A stretch of DNA of 64,000 bases, taken from the NCBI GenBank assembly GCA_051294375.1, contig CM119265.1, positions 7,129,589 through 7,193,588 of the forward strand, read 5' to 3'. Under the pieces are notes generated by a model, which saw nothing but the letters and a program-made list of their open reading frames with translations, was not told the origin of the DNA and made no database searches. This DNA is from Paraspadella gotoi (taxonomy: Eukaryota > Animalia > Chaetognatha). Within the stretch, counting starts at the first letter, position 1; each line of letters opens with the position of its first letter. A program made the position numbers and the translations under genes. Positions 47,536 to 61,700 of this stretch are shown piece after piece.

Positions 47536-49481
47536 CGATCCAATATCGGGTTAAATCCGCAGTGTGAAAAGAATTTTTTTTATTAACTAATTTATATAAA
47601 AAACGAGGGCAACGCTCTCTTGATGCCCGAGTCAAGAATGGAATGATTGAATCGCGTAGAATTTTATGACTATACCGGCAAGTCTGTCTGTTGTAAAATG
47701 GTTAACATTATTACTAAAACGCATATAAAAATAATTTATGGGTTTTTTTAAAATATTGTTCAGAGTATCAATCACGCGCTTGAGCATTTCATCTTGATGC
47801 CATTGCGGAACAAAAACCGGTCAAGTGCAGTCCTTTGCAAAAAAAGAGGCCATACTAAAACATTAAAAAATAATACAAATAAATTACGTTAGATTTCTTT
47901 ATTATGAAAGATATTATAGAATATAGGTAATTATTATTCATGAAAACAAAATTATTGGAATAAATTTTATAAAAATTTGGCCATCCGTTTGCAAGCAATA
48001 CTTTTTTAAAAGTAACTCCTCAAACAGACCGATAAAGCAGAAGAATATTGTCGTATTTTTAACTTTGTGCGTTTCGGATAACATAACATTTAAAAGACTG
48101 ATATATGGACTCTTCTTTCAAAAATCTACATTTCCCATTCCTTATTTTTGAATGCGCCATAAATTAAGATTAAAAAAGGCTTCGGTTTTTTTTGAAGATC
48201 TTCAAAAATGGTTCCCCCCCCCCGTTTCCTTTTTAACGACTCGTTTATTGGTTGCTTTAGCTCTTTAATGGCTGGACCAATTTTATTTTAACTTACATGT
48301 TTAGATTCCTTTTTTCATTTACCATTCATAATTTTTATATTAGATTCATTAAACGTGAGCAATTTAAGACTTAATAGTGGCCTATTTTTTTGCACCGGAA
48401 TGTAAGCTGAAGTTAGGAATAAAAAGCTTGCATTGCTAGTCATATTTTTGTTTGCTCATTATTTGTCTTCATCAAGTTGTCAGTTTATTTTGGTTTAGTT
48501 TCATTTCCAAAACATTACCTTCATGTTTTGTAATACAAATTTTAATATTTGTTTCTCCTGATGAAACAGATTTAATGTATCCTATCAGAAAGTATTCAGT
48601 AACTGTTGATATTTTTAAAGTTAAGTTGAGAGAGCAAATTATATTTTTGATAAACGCGGAAATTTAAAGTAAAAATGACAGTTTAACCACTAAGTGTAAC
48701 CATCTTTTATCAGATGCTGATACCATCAGTTCTCACTGTTTGTAACGAGTGACCGAATTACATGATTGAATTTTTCCGCAGTTAAAGGCGATAATATTGT
48801 ATAACAAATTAGTATATAATAAGCGGAGTAGCTTCAAATGAAATGATGGTAAAACAATTCTTACTTGAGAGATTTTATATATTTTCCATACTATTATTTA
48901 ACAGGTAAAATTGTACATTCACTGTTTAGGATCTTCCCGGTCGGTAATTTTTTTTCTGCTTCTTATATAACAAAAAAAAAATATAATGATGTTTGCGAAT
49001 AAAAAATAACCGACCGGTTCGGTTCAGGTCAGTGAAAGTAAAAGTATGCCATTTAACATAAATGGGACAAAAGGGAAATGACAAATAACATGGATGAGTT
49101 GTATAAATCATTAAAAACATTTTTTTTTGCAGTTGCTGCAGTGTTAAACCGTGCGACGCTTTGTGCATTCTGAACTAATATCAGTCAACTCAGTTTTCAA
49201 AACTTCAATAAAAAGCTCTTTGTGAAGCGCACCGTTTGCTTCAAGTTAGCTTAAAAATGCCATATATGATATTAACTACATCATCATGGCTCATATAAAA
49301 CAATTAAAAAAAACAAAAAAAACGGGGAAAACCGTTTTTATCTTTTACGTCCGTGGGAATAATGTTCTGAGTAAGTATTCGAAAATCGTAGTTGTTAATT
49401 CTCCTGTTCTACTTATCAGTTCCGCATATTCCTCCCTACAACCAATTCTATTTCCAACTAATTCCAACTCTGTATAAAAGA

Positions 49482-49556
49482 TCAAAAGGCGTTGTGATCT
49501 ATCTCCCCTTGTCTCACTCTCGCAGTCCCGCATTTCAATCTCTCTCTCTCTCTCAT

Positions 49557-49631
<75 letters not shown>

Positions 49632-50370
49632 TCCACTCATCTCTCTCACTCCCATGGCGACGTAACAATTATTTTTTCGATCTTCCGCCGTCGGAGGCGA
49701 CGCCGACTTTTGCGAGGCCAAGCTGCGAGTGGAGGAAGCGGCGCTGATGCGGATGTTGGGAATGTTGATGTTGGACGCGGCGACGGGAGGGGCGGCGGCG
49801 GAATGGGCGGCCGTGACGGAGATGGCGGCGGCGGCGACGTCCCTCATGGCGTTGATGGAGTTGAGTCGGTCGCAGAAGATCTGCTCGTAAGTGTCGTTTG
49901 GCGAAGTGGGCGACCTCTGGCACCAGCCTCTGCTCGATGATCGGAGACGGTCATCCGCCGAATCGTCGTCGTCGTCGTCGTCGTCGTCATCCTCGTAGTC
50001 GTCGTCCTCGTCCTCCACGAGGGGGATCTTAAGTCCGTCGCCCAGGTCATCAGGCGGAAGGGGCCTGCGTGACTCTGAGCCAAGGGGATGGTTCTTTTAA
50101 ATATTACCTTTGAAAATATTTACTACTAACATAGTAAGTTAAATGGTTGGAACTATAAATCATAAACAATGGGATGTTCTTTTGATTTTCCTTCGAAAAT
50201 CAACAAAAACTCATATTGAGGCGACGATCGAGACGAAGTTCAGAGCAAGAATGAATTTTATTCGAGTGAAAGAAACGGAGTTAAAACAGAGAGAAAACGG
50301 GAACAAAGGATGCTAAGTCTTCAGTCATTAACAAAATTAGAATTGACCACTTGGCCGTACGAATAAATAT

Positions 50371-50410
<40 letters not shown>

Positions 50411-53400
50411 ATTTTGCGTGTTCGTTTCGTCGGTGACTTGATCAGTTGCCACAATATATACATTTTAAACAAATGAAATACTTTCGCGGATATCCCTACC
50501 TATCTCCTCTTCCTCTTCCTCTCCCCGTATTTCCACGTCTCCGAAATCGACGACCCGTTCCTCTTTCCGTCTGACATCGTCCTTTGACTCTTCGCCGCAG
50601 TAGACTCCTCCGGCCGCCAAAGACGAGTTGGTGAAGGAATCTGACGCGGAGCAAAGAAAAAAGTTCTTAAAATATGCTTCAATTTATGTAAGATGACTAA
50701 TTAGACATAAATACTATTAAATAGCCGTGATTCGGTCTTTGATTTTTTTTTATAAGAGAAATGGAGAAAGTGAAATGATTTCTAATAAACTCACCAGATG
50801 TCCTTTTGTTCCATCCGGCGAGGGGAGAGGCTTGGGGCGACAACGAACTCGGAACAATTAGGTAACTAGAGAGCAAAAAATATGAACGTAGATAATCTTT
50901 ATGATTACGTTATATTGGCGGGACAACTTTCCCTCCCCCCCGGTTTTAACTTCAAATCCGCTCACATAATGTCGTCGGGTTCCAGCTTCAAATCGTACGA
51001 AGGGTTAATTATAACGTAAGAAAAGCTGTTCCTCTTGTCTGATGCCTCATCTGTTTAAAATAAAGAAAAGGATTGAGATAAGAGTTACGAACATGCCCGG
51101 GTGAATTGTGAGTTCAACTTCGCTCAGACGCTCACCATAGTCGACAAGGGGCAGACCCAGGTTTTGCATGCGACTCTTCACCATCCGACTGATCTCTTGC
51201 CGTTCCGGGGTCATGCCACTTTTGCTTTGATCATCATCACATAGGAGGTGCAGCGACATCTGCGGGGGAAACAAAAATTATTCTCTTTTTGTTTCGTATT
51301 AGACGTGAAAAAAAAAACCTGTCGAACTCTACGTGTACTTCGTGCAATCTATTATTGTTAAAGCGTTGCAATAAATATAGTATTTTTAAGACTTTCGGAA
51401 AAATAACTCATTAGCACGATGCAAAGAGAAAAAGCTACCGAAAGATAGCGAAAACCAAACTATATAGTAACGGATGATTTTCGCCTACAACGAAAAAAGC
51501 ATCCAGGTGAGAAAAGATAAGAGCGAAAAAAAAAAGAGCAACGTTCTGCTACGAAAACGATTTAGGAGTGAAAGAGAAAGTGAGCGATTTTGTAAGAGAC
51601 AGAAAGAGAAAGAGACGGACTGTCACGGATAGAGATTAAGTTAATCTCTACGTCCAACGTCCCGTGAAATTGAATCATTTGAGAAATGTTTACGAAAAAG
51701 ACGTCGTTCCTGGTTCCCATGGAAACAAGCGGAAGGATCCATTGTCGAAGATTACGAACAGAACAGAACAGGATCCGAGACTTAATCTTAAAGTTTAATC
51801 CTCAGTTTCTGATTCTAAAGTAAAACTCAACTACTTTAAAAGGTGGTGGGGAAAGAAGGGTCGGCGTGAAATTTAGTGACAGTCACTAGTCAACTGAAGG
51901 CGCATAGAGGTTTACCCCGTAGCTTGAACTCCGATAAAGCACAGTTGCGTAGCGTCGCTAAAAATCGGAATCGTCGTGAGAAGCGATTCGAAATTTCGTC
52001 AGGAGAAAATAATGAATGGCGAGCAAAATCGTTATTGCATTAAATCGAAAATAATAGTAAAAGTATTTTCAAAGCGTATTGGGTCGTTCTTCGGCCAAGC
52101 ATAATGCCTTATGTGTTGCATTTTTCTTATTTTTTGTTATTGAAAATAAATTAAATGAAATGAAATATAAAATGAAATCTGTTTTCGATTTTTAGTAAAG
52201 AATTAATTTGAATTTACGAGAGAAAAAAAAATCAAAGATGGGGCAAAAAAAACGCTACTTACACAATAACAAGTGCATTTGGGGCTGAAGTTCTTTCTAA
52301 GCGCCATTGGCGAAGGGGTTTTGGGGAAGGAGAATGGAGAGGACAAGGTTTTCGCGCAGTAGGGACACAGCCCCAGCCTCGACCCCGGTCGAAGGGGTCC
52401 GGAAGGATTTCCCCGACTTGGTCCCCGGGCCGAGCCAAGTCGGGGCTCAAAGCCGGGACGGATCGATCCGTCGGGATGGCCAGGATCGTCCGGTTGACCC
52501 TCCGAATTTAACGTCGTCGTCGTCGTCATCGTTTCGTTGAGAATGTCGTCGTCCTCGACGGTTTCGACGCTCGAGGTCTTGGGTGAGTTTGTGACGAAGA
52601 TCGGAGTAAGTGAACTCACCCTATCTTTAATTAAACTTAACCTCACTCGTTTTTTTTTTCTTCTGTCAATCTCATTTAAACAAGGTAACAAGAATGAGAA
52701 TATTTAAACTTTAACGGCAACAACAAATGAACAATATAGTTAACAAATAAAACGTAACGTTTCCATGCTACTATTTTTTTCATCTCAGTAAAAACAATTC
52801 CTTTCTTCTCTTTATAGTTTATACCTTTTCCTTCAACTGACTGATAAGCGTCTGCTCGCGATTTACGAGCGGGAAAGTGTTCGACAATCGGCGGGGAATT
52901 TTCATGGCGGAGAACTGGGGTTTGGCGAAAGCGCGGGGGTTCCGCTCACCCAGGAAGCAGCGTGCTCCATGCTTTGTGGGGGGTAGAGATGTAGGTGACG
53001 AAGAGTTGGGGGCGATTAAACGGAAGGGTTGAACGGGGGTTTGTACTTTTATAAGGGTGGAGATTGGAGCGGAGTATTTCAGACTGGGTGTTTTGACTTC
53101 TATCATCACGAGGAACGCCTTTAATTTTTTTCACTAAAACTACCACCGCGCATAATCATTTTTATTCCTCCCCAGGAAAGAACCTTAATTGTAAATGTAT
53201 ATACTATATACTTTATAAGTTTATATACCTAGGAAGATTAGTGTTCTAACAATTTAGGTAGGAAGATAAAACTCGGGAAAATAATTTAATTAAAACTTGA
53301 TTTCTGAAAATAGTTAAAACGTCGGTGTCGTCGTCTAAGAATGGAACGTAAACTCTCGTGCGATGAGTAGAACGATGTAGACATTGTCGAGGAAAAAATA

Positions 53401-56400
53401 CGCATTCGCCAACAACAATAACAACCATTACAGTGACGTCTCCCCTCCGCTCACGTTCGAGTTTTCCTGCGACGGAAGTTGCTGCGTTCTGTAGATGCCG
53501 ATCGGAATCTCGCACGTGGTCGAACACAACTTTTGGTAGAGTCGTCCGTAGGTTCGAATCCACAGGTCGTCCTTTGAAATTCGCATCTGTCGAGGAAAAG
53601 GAAGATCGTCGTTCAAATCTTTGACACTTCCGATAAACAGCGTCAGACGGTCACGCGTTTCGAAACTCACGCTGGCAAGGTGACCCGAGCCAACCGCTTG
53701 ATCGATGCCAAGCAATAGACGGACAAACGTGATGACGTAAGGCTTAACGAATGCCTGGCGAAGGAAATTAAGTTAATTATTAATAAAGATAAACGAAACC
53801 AACGAGAGATCAAGCCAAACCCTACGACCTGATAAAGCAGAGTATCCAGCATGGAAGCGGCGAAAATATTTCCGCTGGCGAAGGGCAGGCGAAACATGAA
53901 GGATATCGTTGATCCTCTCTCGCGTTCTTTCTGCGGAATCGTCAAAGAAAATTGACAATCTGTGTAACGGTTTACAAAACCCTCAATGCGACTCGTGGAA
54001 AATTTTATGAACCTGGTTAACGTTTAAGGGTTTATGACGTAAATTCCTTTACACTAAACCCCCCATTGTACCCCGGATTAAAACAAGGAAAGGAAAATGA
54101 CGGCGAACCTTTTCCAACTGCGAGAGTTTGATGGCGTAACTGTCTTTGGCTCGAAATTGCATGAAACGCATGTTGGACGAAGATGTCAATTCCGTGATGA
54201 TATTCGTCGTCGGAAATAATCTAAATTTAGGAAAAAAATAGTATTTTTGTTTATAACAAACACTCAATTTGATTTTATGTTGCGTTGTAGTTGGGTTTAA
54301 TTTTGTTATTAAGAGGAGGATCGGTTAACACTTTTGCTTTGTTTTTGTTTATTCAAGGGGTGGAATAATTTTTAAGCATCGTTTCGGTTCCGTTTATTTT
54401 GGTAATTTGGAAATGAATTGTTTAATTGCACAACATAAGGGTTATATTTTTATGTATTAATAACTTACGCCTGACGATTTAGGCTTCCTATTTTGAACGA
54501 AAATCTCATTTTCAAATTCACAAATTATTGAAGAATAATTCATGGATAAAAATAAAACAAAAAAAATATCTTGTTATCTGTTTCGTGCGAATATAGTTAA
54601 TATAATTTTTTGCATACAATTTATGAATTTATAATAAATATAAATAGTTATGATTTTTACGTGAAAAATATGGCATCTATCATAATTCATGAATATCGTA
54701 ATAAGAAATAGGGAAATCACGCGGTTATTGAAATTAGGAAGAGAAGAAGGATTATTTCGGTGCTTTAGGGAGCTGGAGAAAATCGAGGATGACGTGTTGC
54801 GTAAAACACGTTGGAATCGACGGGGTTGCTAAGCGACAACAGAGGGTAAGGGCGGTGTTGTGCGCTCTGTCACGCTCGATCTCACTCTGTCTCTCTCTCT
54901 CTTTTTCTCCCTGGAGAGAGTAAAGTCGAGAGAGACGGCGATGACGAGAGAGAAAGAGAGAGAGAATTGGTAAAACTGAGGCATACCTGTTGGCATACCT
55001 GAACATTGTCTGCACCGCGACGATTGTGTTGCAGTCCGCGAGGGTTTCTTCGCAACCGGCGTTCGAGGATTCCTTGTTGGCGACGACGACGTTGGCGGCG
55101 TAATTGATGCCGGCCCGAAGAAGGTCGTCCAGGCTGAGGTGATGCATGGTAATTAGGACGCGGAAAAATGTCACGGAAGGGAGGATGAATCGAAAGGGTT
55201 GATAGCAGAGACGTGGTTTTGCGAAATATCGAAGGTGGATAAATGAGTGTGAATGTTGATAATGGTCCAGAAATGTTGAGCCGGCGTGAATGAACGATGG
55301 CGTGAAGACCAGGCGGAAAAATGGCAATTTTTGAGAGAAAATAATCACCGAAGAATTACAAAAGTTTCTAGTTAAAAAAGTCTCGATACAAAGGAAACGT
55401 CAACAACAAAAAAAAACAAACAAAAACGGTCAACAAAGAAAGTAAGCGACTCCAACCTGTCGATGGATCCTTTCATCCAATGAATCAACGGGAAGTAGCA
55501 AATGCTCTCCAGAAACTTTTGGTCGGGTCTGAGTGGATATAAATGAGGAAAAGTTGAATCGAGAGGAGATTCATGGAGAGGGAGATGATTTTAAAGCTGA
55601 ATCTATGGGGCCCGTATTTGAATAAAAGATTCAGTAAGGATAAAAATAACTCCTAAAAACGAGGCCGAAAAAAAAAAAACGAAAAAAAAGAAAAAACTGA
55701 GGAAGTTGCAATTTTTTTCTTTTCTATTTTCTTTTTTCTTTTTTCTTTTTTTCTTTTTTCTTTCTTTTTTCTTTTTCTTTCTTTCTCTTTCTTTCTTTTT
55801 TCTTTCTTTCTTTCCTTTCTTTCTTCTTTTCTTTCTTTCTTTCTTCTTTCTTTCCCTTTTTTGTTTGCTTGCTCTTTCCAATTTGTTTTTCTTCATTCCA
55901 TTTCTACTTTCTTTACTACGTGCCCTGCTTCTAATTCCATCCCTGCTCCCCCTCCTCTCACTCTCTCTCCAGCAAGAGCACGATGGGGCTCATGGAGTGT
56001 TTCGGGATGGCGTGGGAGCGGAGGGGCACAATGAAATTGTAGATGCCATGAGATGCGACTTCGGCGGCGATGATTGAGACCGGGTTCGGCCACTCGTACT
56101 CCTTCGCATGCTGGAACGTGCAGTGAGTGCACGGCTGCTCGCAAGGTGAATAAAAGAGAAACCAAATAAGAAAAAAAAAGAAAAAAGACGGGAACAAAGA
56201 AGAAAGAACCGAGCCAAAATAAAAAGGACGTTGACCCATCGACGAAACGTGGCCAAAAACCGGACGAGCGTCGGAAGGTCAAAAAAAAAAAAAAAAAAAA
56301 AATCGGCGCGAGTGGCGAAGGAAGATAACGACCAAGATGGATGACGCAAGATCGGCGCCGCGCGAGACGAATCGGAAATGACGCGCGCCAAATGGAAAAA

Positions 56401-57221
56401 GGAACGAAAGAGACGCCGAAGATCGAACCGGAAATTCGCGCCAGGAAGCGGAGAGAATTGAGGGATGTGGAAGGGAATAGGTTTAGGGGGTCGGGAAGGG
56501 AAGAAGATTTGGACAGAAATGATACGAGTTGGCAGGGAAAGATTAAGATAATGGTTGAGTCGGGAATGAGAGAAATGGGAAATAGGAGCAAAAGGGGAAA
56601 ACGAAAATGACCGAGAAGTTAACGAGTCCATTATGAAAAGCGATTAATTTGAGCAATGAGGTGAGGTAAATAGTAGGTATGCGGGTTACATTAGGAAACG
56701 ATTATAATGTATATAAAACAGAATGTATGTTCCATGAATGAAAAGAATGCATTAAATTAAAGTTAAAAGGAAGAGAGAAAAATACATAAGCGTAATTATT
56801 AAAATCTCTAAAAATAATAAAATACGAAACCAGTTTTAATTATCTTTATTCATTCATTAAATTCGTCATAATATAGGTTGCGCGGGAAAAACTTACGACC
56901 GCTAATTGCAGGCAACAAAATGGCGTCTTTTCTTTGACCAAATAACAGAGGGTGGGGCTGACGCCGATGTAGGGAGGACTCGGCGGAAAGCCCTTCACGT
57001 ACTTAACCGGCTGACTCGACCTGGTATGGATAGAAATGAGAAGATGATGGTTTCTAAAAATAGGAAGATGACGACGACATAATATCGCAGGCAGTCCGTG
57101 ACGAACGTGCAAACGCGTGTAAATACGCGCGCGAGCGAGAAAAAGGTGTTGATTAGTTCCGGCTTCGTCAGCCAAAACTAATTCCCTGCCAGGTTCGGTG
57201 GCGTGGAAATTCAGCGTTCGC

Positions 57222-57295
<74 letters not shown>

Positions 57296-58059
57296 TCCTC
57301 TCTCTTTCTCGTCACTCGCGTTTTTGGCGCGAAGAAAGGAACTGCCCGCGCAAATTAGTTGTGAAACGGAAATGAAAGGATGATTTCAAGTTGCTATTAA
57401 TATTTTCACTGTCGTATAACTCGTATTATTATTTACTTACTTGGTCGAGTCGGATCTGGACGCCAGAGGTCGACCCGAATCCGGAGTGATGACGTCGTCG
57501 TTTGATTCACTCGATTCCGAACTTAAAAAATAAATAAACAAACAAACCTATATCCTACAGTTATACAGTATATAGTAAACAGTAGTATACAGTAGTATAC
57601 AGTATACAGTTGCATAATTACGAATATCATAACTGAAACCTGTACTTATAACTGTATCACTTTAACGAATGTAATAATTACAATCATATTATAGTTACTT
57701 TTTCCTTAATCTCACGTGGTTTTACATTAGTTAAATTCATATTTTTCCGAAGACTCCGTGCATAATTTTCCGATTTCTTCTTTTTTTTTCCCAGTGAAAG
57801 CGCGTGAGGGCGTGAAGCGATTTGAAGCGTGAACGACTTACTCAGAGTCGGCGTCCGACGGCAACGAGAAGGTGATGCCGTTGGCTTCGAGGACCGCGGG
57901 GACAGGATCGATCGAAGGCCGTTTCCGCGCCATCACCCCGGGGGTTAAGCCTGGCGGGGAGAAGAGGGCGTGGGGGATGATCGGGTTGGGCATAAGCGAC
58001 GTAGGAGTGAAAGAGAGAGAGAAGCGAAGCTGTACATTTGTGCACAAGGAAAGAAAAAG

Positions 58060-58158
<99 letters not shown>

Positions 58159-58638
58159 CAGGGGTGAACTATGAAGATAAAAAGGGAGAAAAGGTGAAGG
58201 GGCGATTGAGAGCGAGAGCGGGGGAGAGAACGAGAGAGATACACGGAGAGTTCAACGCCCCGGACGTAACAAGGAGAAAGATAAGGCCTGTCGAGAATGG
58301 GAGAGCGAGATGAATAATGGAAACCAATAAGACTCAATTCCTAAGCAAGACGTTCTGGCCAAAAAAACATTGGCACCAAACGGCCAAAAAACTTGGCCGA
58401 CATAAAAAGCCATAAACAAAACAACGACTACGACAACGACCTTTCGGCAAATCGAGGTGATTCGACTGTATCTCCACCGACGATCCTGTCGACTTCAATT
58501 TCTCTCGTTTCTCCATCTCGTTGCGGGGTTTCCGTCGCTTCGGCTGACCGTTGGAGCCCTCTGTCGGAAGAGTGCGAGAAAAAAAGAACGTCGTAAAGAA
58601 AGCAGCAAAGGGAGGAGAGAGAGAGAGAGAGAGAGAGA

Positions 58639-58717
<79 letters not shown>

Positions 58718-61700
58718 GAGAGGTTAATCAAGTCACCGAGGAACAAAACGTTTGCGATGGGCAAGGGCCAACAAAGCCAATGAGCGAAAAGAAAAACGAT
58801 GAAGTATGTTGGCTCCACCGGTTTATAGATAACGTAAGCACTAGAGTGGAGCACTCAAGAACAAAAAATTTATTTGAATGATCAAACAAGGATATTTAGA
58901 TGTGAGATAGTATGATTAACTAGTACAAAAAATATTTTGTTCATATTATCTCGGGAACAGAATAGTAAAATATAATATATTTGTAATAATATTCTTATAA
59001 AATAATAAATTTTAAAAATAATTTTTTTAAAACTTTTAATAAAGATTCAGATTCTTCATAAAAAGTTGAATCAAAAATATAAAACATGTAATGAAAAATT
59101 TTATTGTCCTTAGCATTTAAAACGGAAAAAAAAGAAGAAAATTTATGATTTTTTTATTTTCTGTCGTAAAAACTTATATGAAATTGGTACAACCAATATA
59201 AAAATTATATGTTAAAACGTTTTAGTCATTTTTTGTGATCCAAATATTAAAATATCATATAACATATTTTATAAAAGTTTCTTAGTTTTTTATGGCAAAT
59301 TCAAATCTGTTCTTAAAAATAAAAATTAAAATAATTTGAAATTTAACGATTTTGTAAGGATATTACTACATAAATAATTGAATTTACTATACTGTTATGC
59401 TAAAAAATTTTTAAAGGGATTTAAAATTCAATAGGAAGCAAAAAAAAATAATGTTCAATCACTCAACCTTTTCCTCACTCCACCCTAGTAAGCACCTCAT
59501 ATTCTTATTCGTTTACCTTGAAGAAAATATATACTTATCCTTTACACTGTAATCATTAGTAAGTCTCCTAACAAAAAAAAAAGGATCTTACCTTTAAGAT
59601 GATGCGAGGGACGAAACCTGATAGACATCCCGCGTTCAGGTCTTTCGGTGTTTGGATGAGCAAGAATGAAGGCTGAGTTTTCCTGAAGATAACAAAACCA
59701 TTTGTTTTATATGTACGCAGGTTCAACATCTTTATTTCTTTCTTTTTTTTTTAACATGAGCGGAGAGCTTAAACTTTGAACCATAACCGTTAACTCATAA
59801 CCATAACTTTAACGAAATGGTTATGAGAAAAAAAAAATCCATTCTGTGTAGCACCGCGTGTTACGAATTAAAATGTGAATGATGAATCAATTCATCGGGG
59901 GAAAAATAACGTAATATATTTAAAAAAAGATATTAAATTAAAAATACGAATTAAATTATAAAACCAGACCCGGAAATGCAGTCGACTATAAGACAGAGGC
60001 GAGTAGTCACAAATTCCTTGGGGCAAAAAAAAAAAAAAAGAAATCTCAAAAGGTCGACGACAACAAATAATCCTAATTTACTGAGTGCAAATATTAAACT
60101 GCGCGTTAATTGAGTGTGAAAAGTATCTAGTTTTCATTTTTTTTGGTTTACACGGTGCGCGGAGAGAATCTGAAATAAGAATTCGGTCGTTGATTTTTGC
60201 ATCATGCGATAAAAAGTTTCTTTTCGTTATTTTCTGACTCTTGAAATATTTATATATATATATGTACGTATTTACTCACAATAAGCATACTTTTTGTGAT
60301 TTGTTAGTTGCTCAATATAAATTTAAACACTATTTTCGACAGAAATTCATAACGAAATAGAATTTTTTTTTCTATAGCACATAGGCTCTGTTCTTTTAAC
60401 TCAATTTGAGGAAACTTCTGTTTTTTCTTATTTCAAATAAGAAAAAAAAAATTACCTCCAATGATTCCGAAAATATGAAGGCAGAATTTTCCTGCAAATT
60501 TCGTAGGTGATAAAAATTCCATGTGACTGTGAGATTCTTTATTAAGACTTCCCGACAACGATACGCGTTTCACATTTGATAAAACAGTCACGAAATTTTC
60601 TACACGGAGGCAATTTGTCAAGAAGAAGCGATTCTATCTTTACTACGAAATAGCTTTTGGCGGAGAGAGAGAGAGAGAGAGAGGAAAAGAGATAGAGAGA
60701 GAGAGAGAGAAAGTAAATGGGAGTCCCACCTCTTTGGTAATATTGAGATAGAAACAGACATCCGTCTCTCTCATGATGTGACGCGGACCAGGATTGAGTT
60801 GGATGGTTGAGTGGGGCGAGTCCTGTATCCCGACCAGGCTGACCCCGAATCTGAAAGCGATTTTAAAAAAAATATTCGAATTGAAATGGAAATAATAAAA
60901 TACATATTCACGCTCGGTTCGCTCCCCAACGTTACTCACTTTCTGTGAGCGTGAAACGAGGCGTAGGTGAAACTCTTTCCTTCGTATTCTCCGAAGAATT
61001 TGCTGTCCTTCAGCAGAATGTGATAGATTTCGTTTCCTGAGCATCGGCCGTAGAGTTGTTGCCACTCCTCGTCCGACGTCTGTCCCTCCCTGAAAGAACG
61101 GGAATGACCGCGGGCTTATTTACATATAATGTTAAATTTAAATTTAAACTTGATTGTTTTCATTCATTATCTGATAGACAATGTTATTAATTTTACGAAT
61201 TGTCTTTGTATTTTTAAAATCTTTTGAGGTTCTATTGTATAGCTTTATTGTTGTCGTAGTCGTATTCATTTTGTCGTTTTTCCCTTTTTAACTTTGTCAC
61301 CGTTCTAATTATTTCTTTCGTTGCGTTTGAGATTATAAACGTAAAATAGCTTTATTGTTTACAACAACGAAGTTTTTATTCAAAATTTGAACTTTCGGCT
61401 ATTGCATGCTATCCTTCATCAGCGCATAAATTAAATGTGATTTGATTTATGCGCTGATGAATGTTATTTTACGTCTTTTTTTGGTTTTCTTTTTGCGTTT
61501 TTATCTGACGTTCTCAATTTACCCCGAGAGGGATTTTAGAAAAGCTAATTTCCCTAGGATAACATAAAGTAAGATAACAACGGAATAAAGAAAAGAAAAC
61601 AAAGGCAAAGAAAGAAAACGTGGAGAACAGAAGTTTCAGATTAGAATTTAAGAATAATATTTTTTTTAAATATTTTAATCTTGTATTAAAAACAAATCAA

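Noticed and set aside
48545-48575. ctgatgaaac as a hammerhead core
   Set aside because: No stem II between CTGATGA and GAAA.
55603-58854. K/E/R-rich and S/L/F-rich ORFs
   Set aside because: Microsatellite and low-complexity intron sequence of Slo2.
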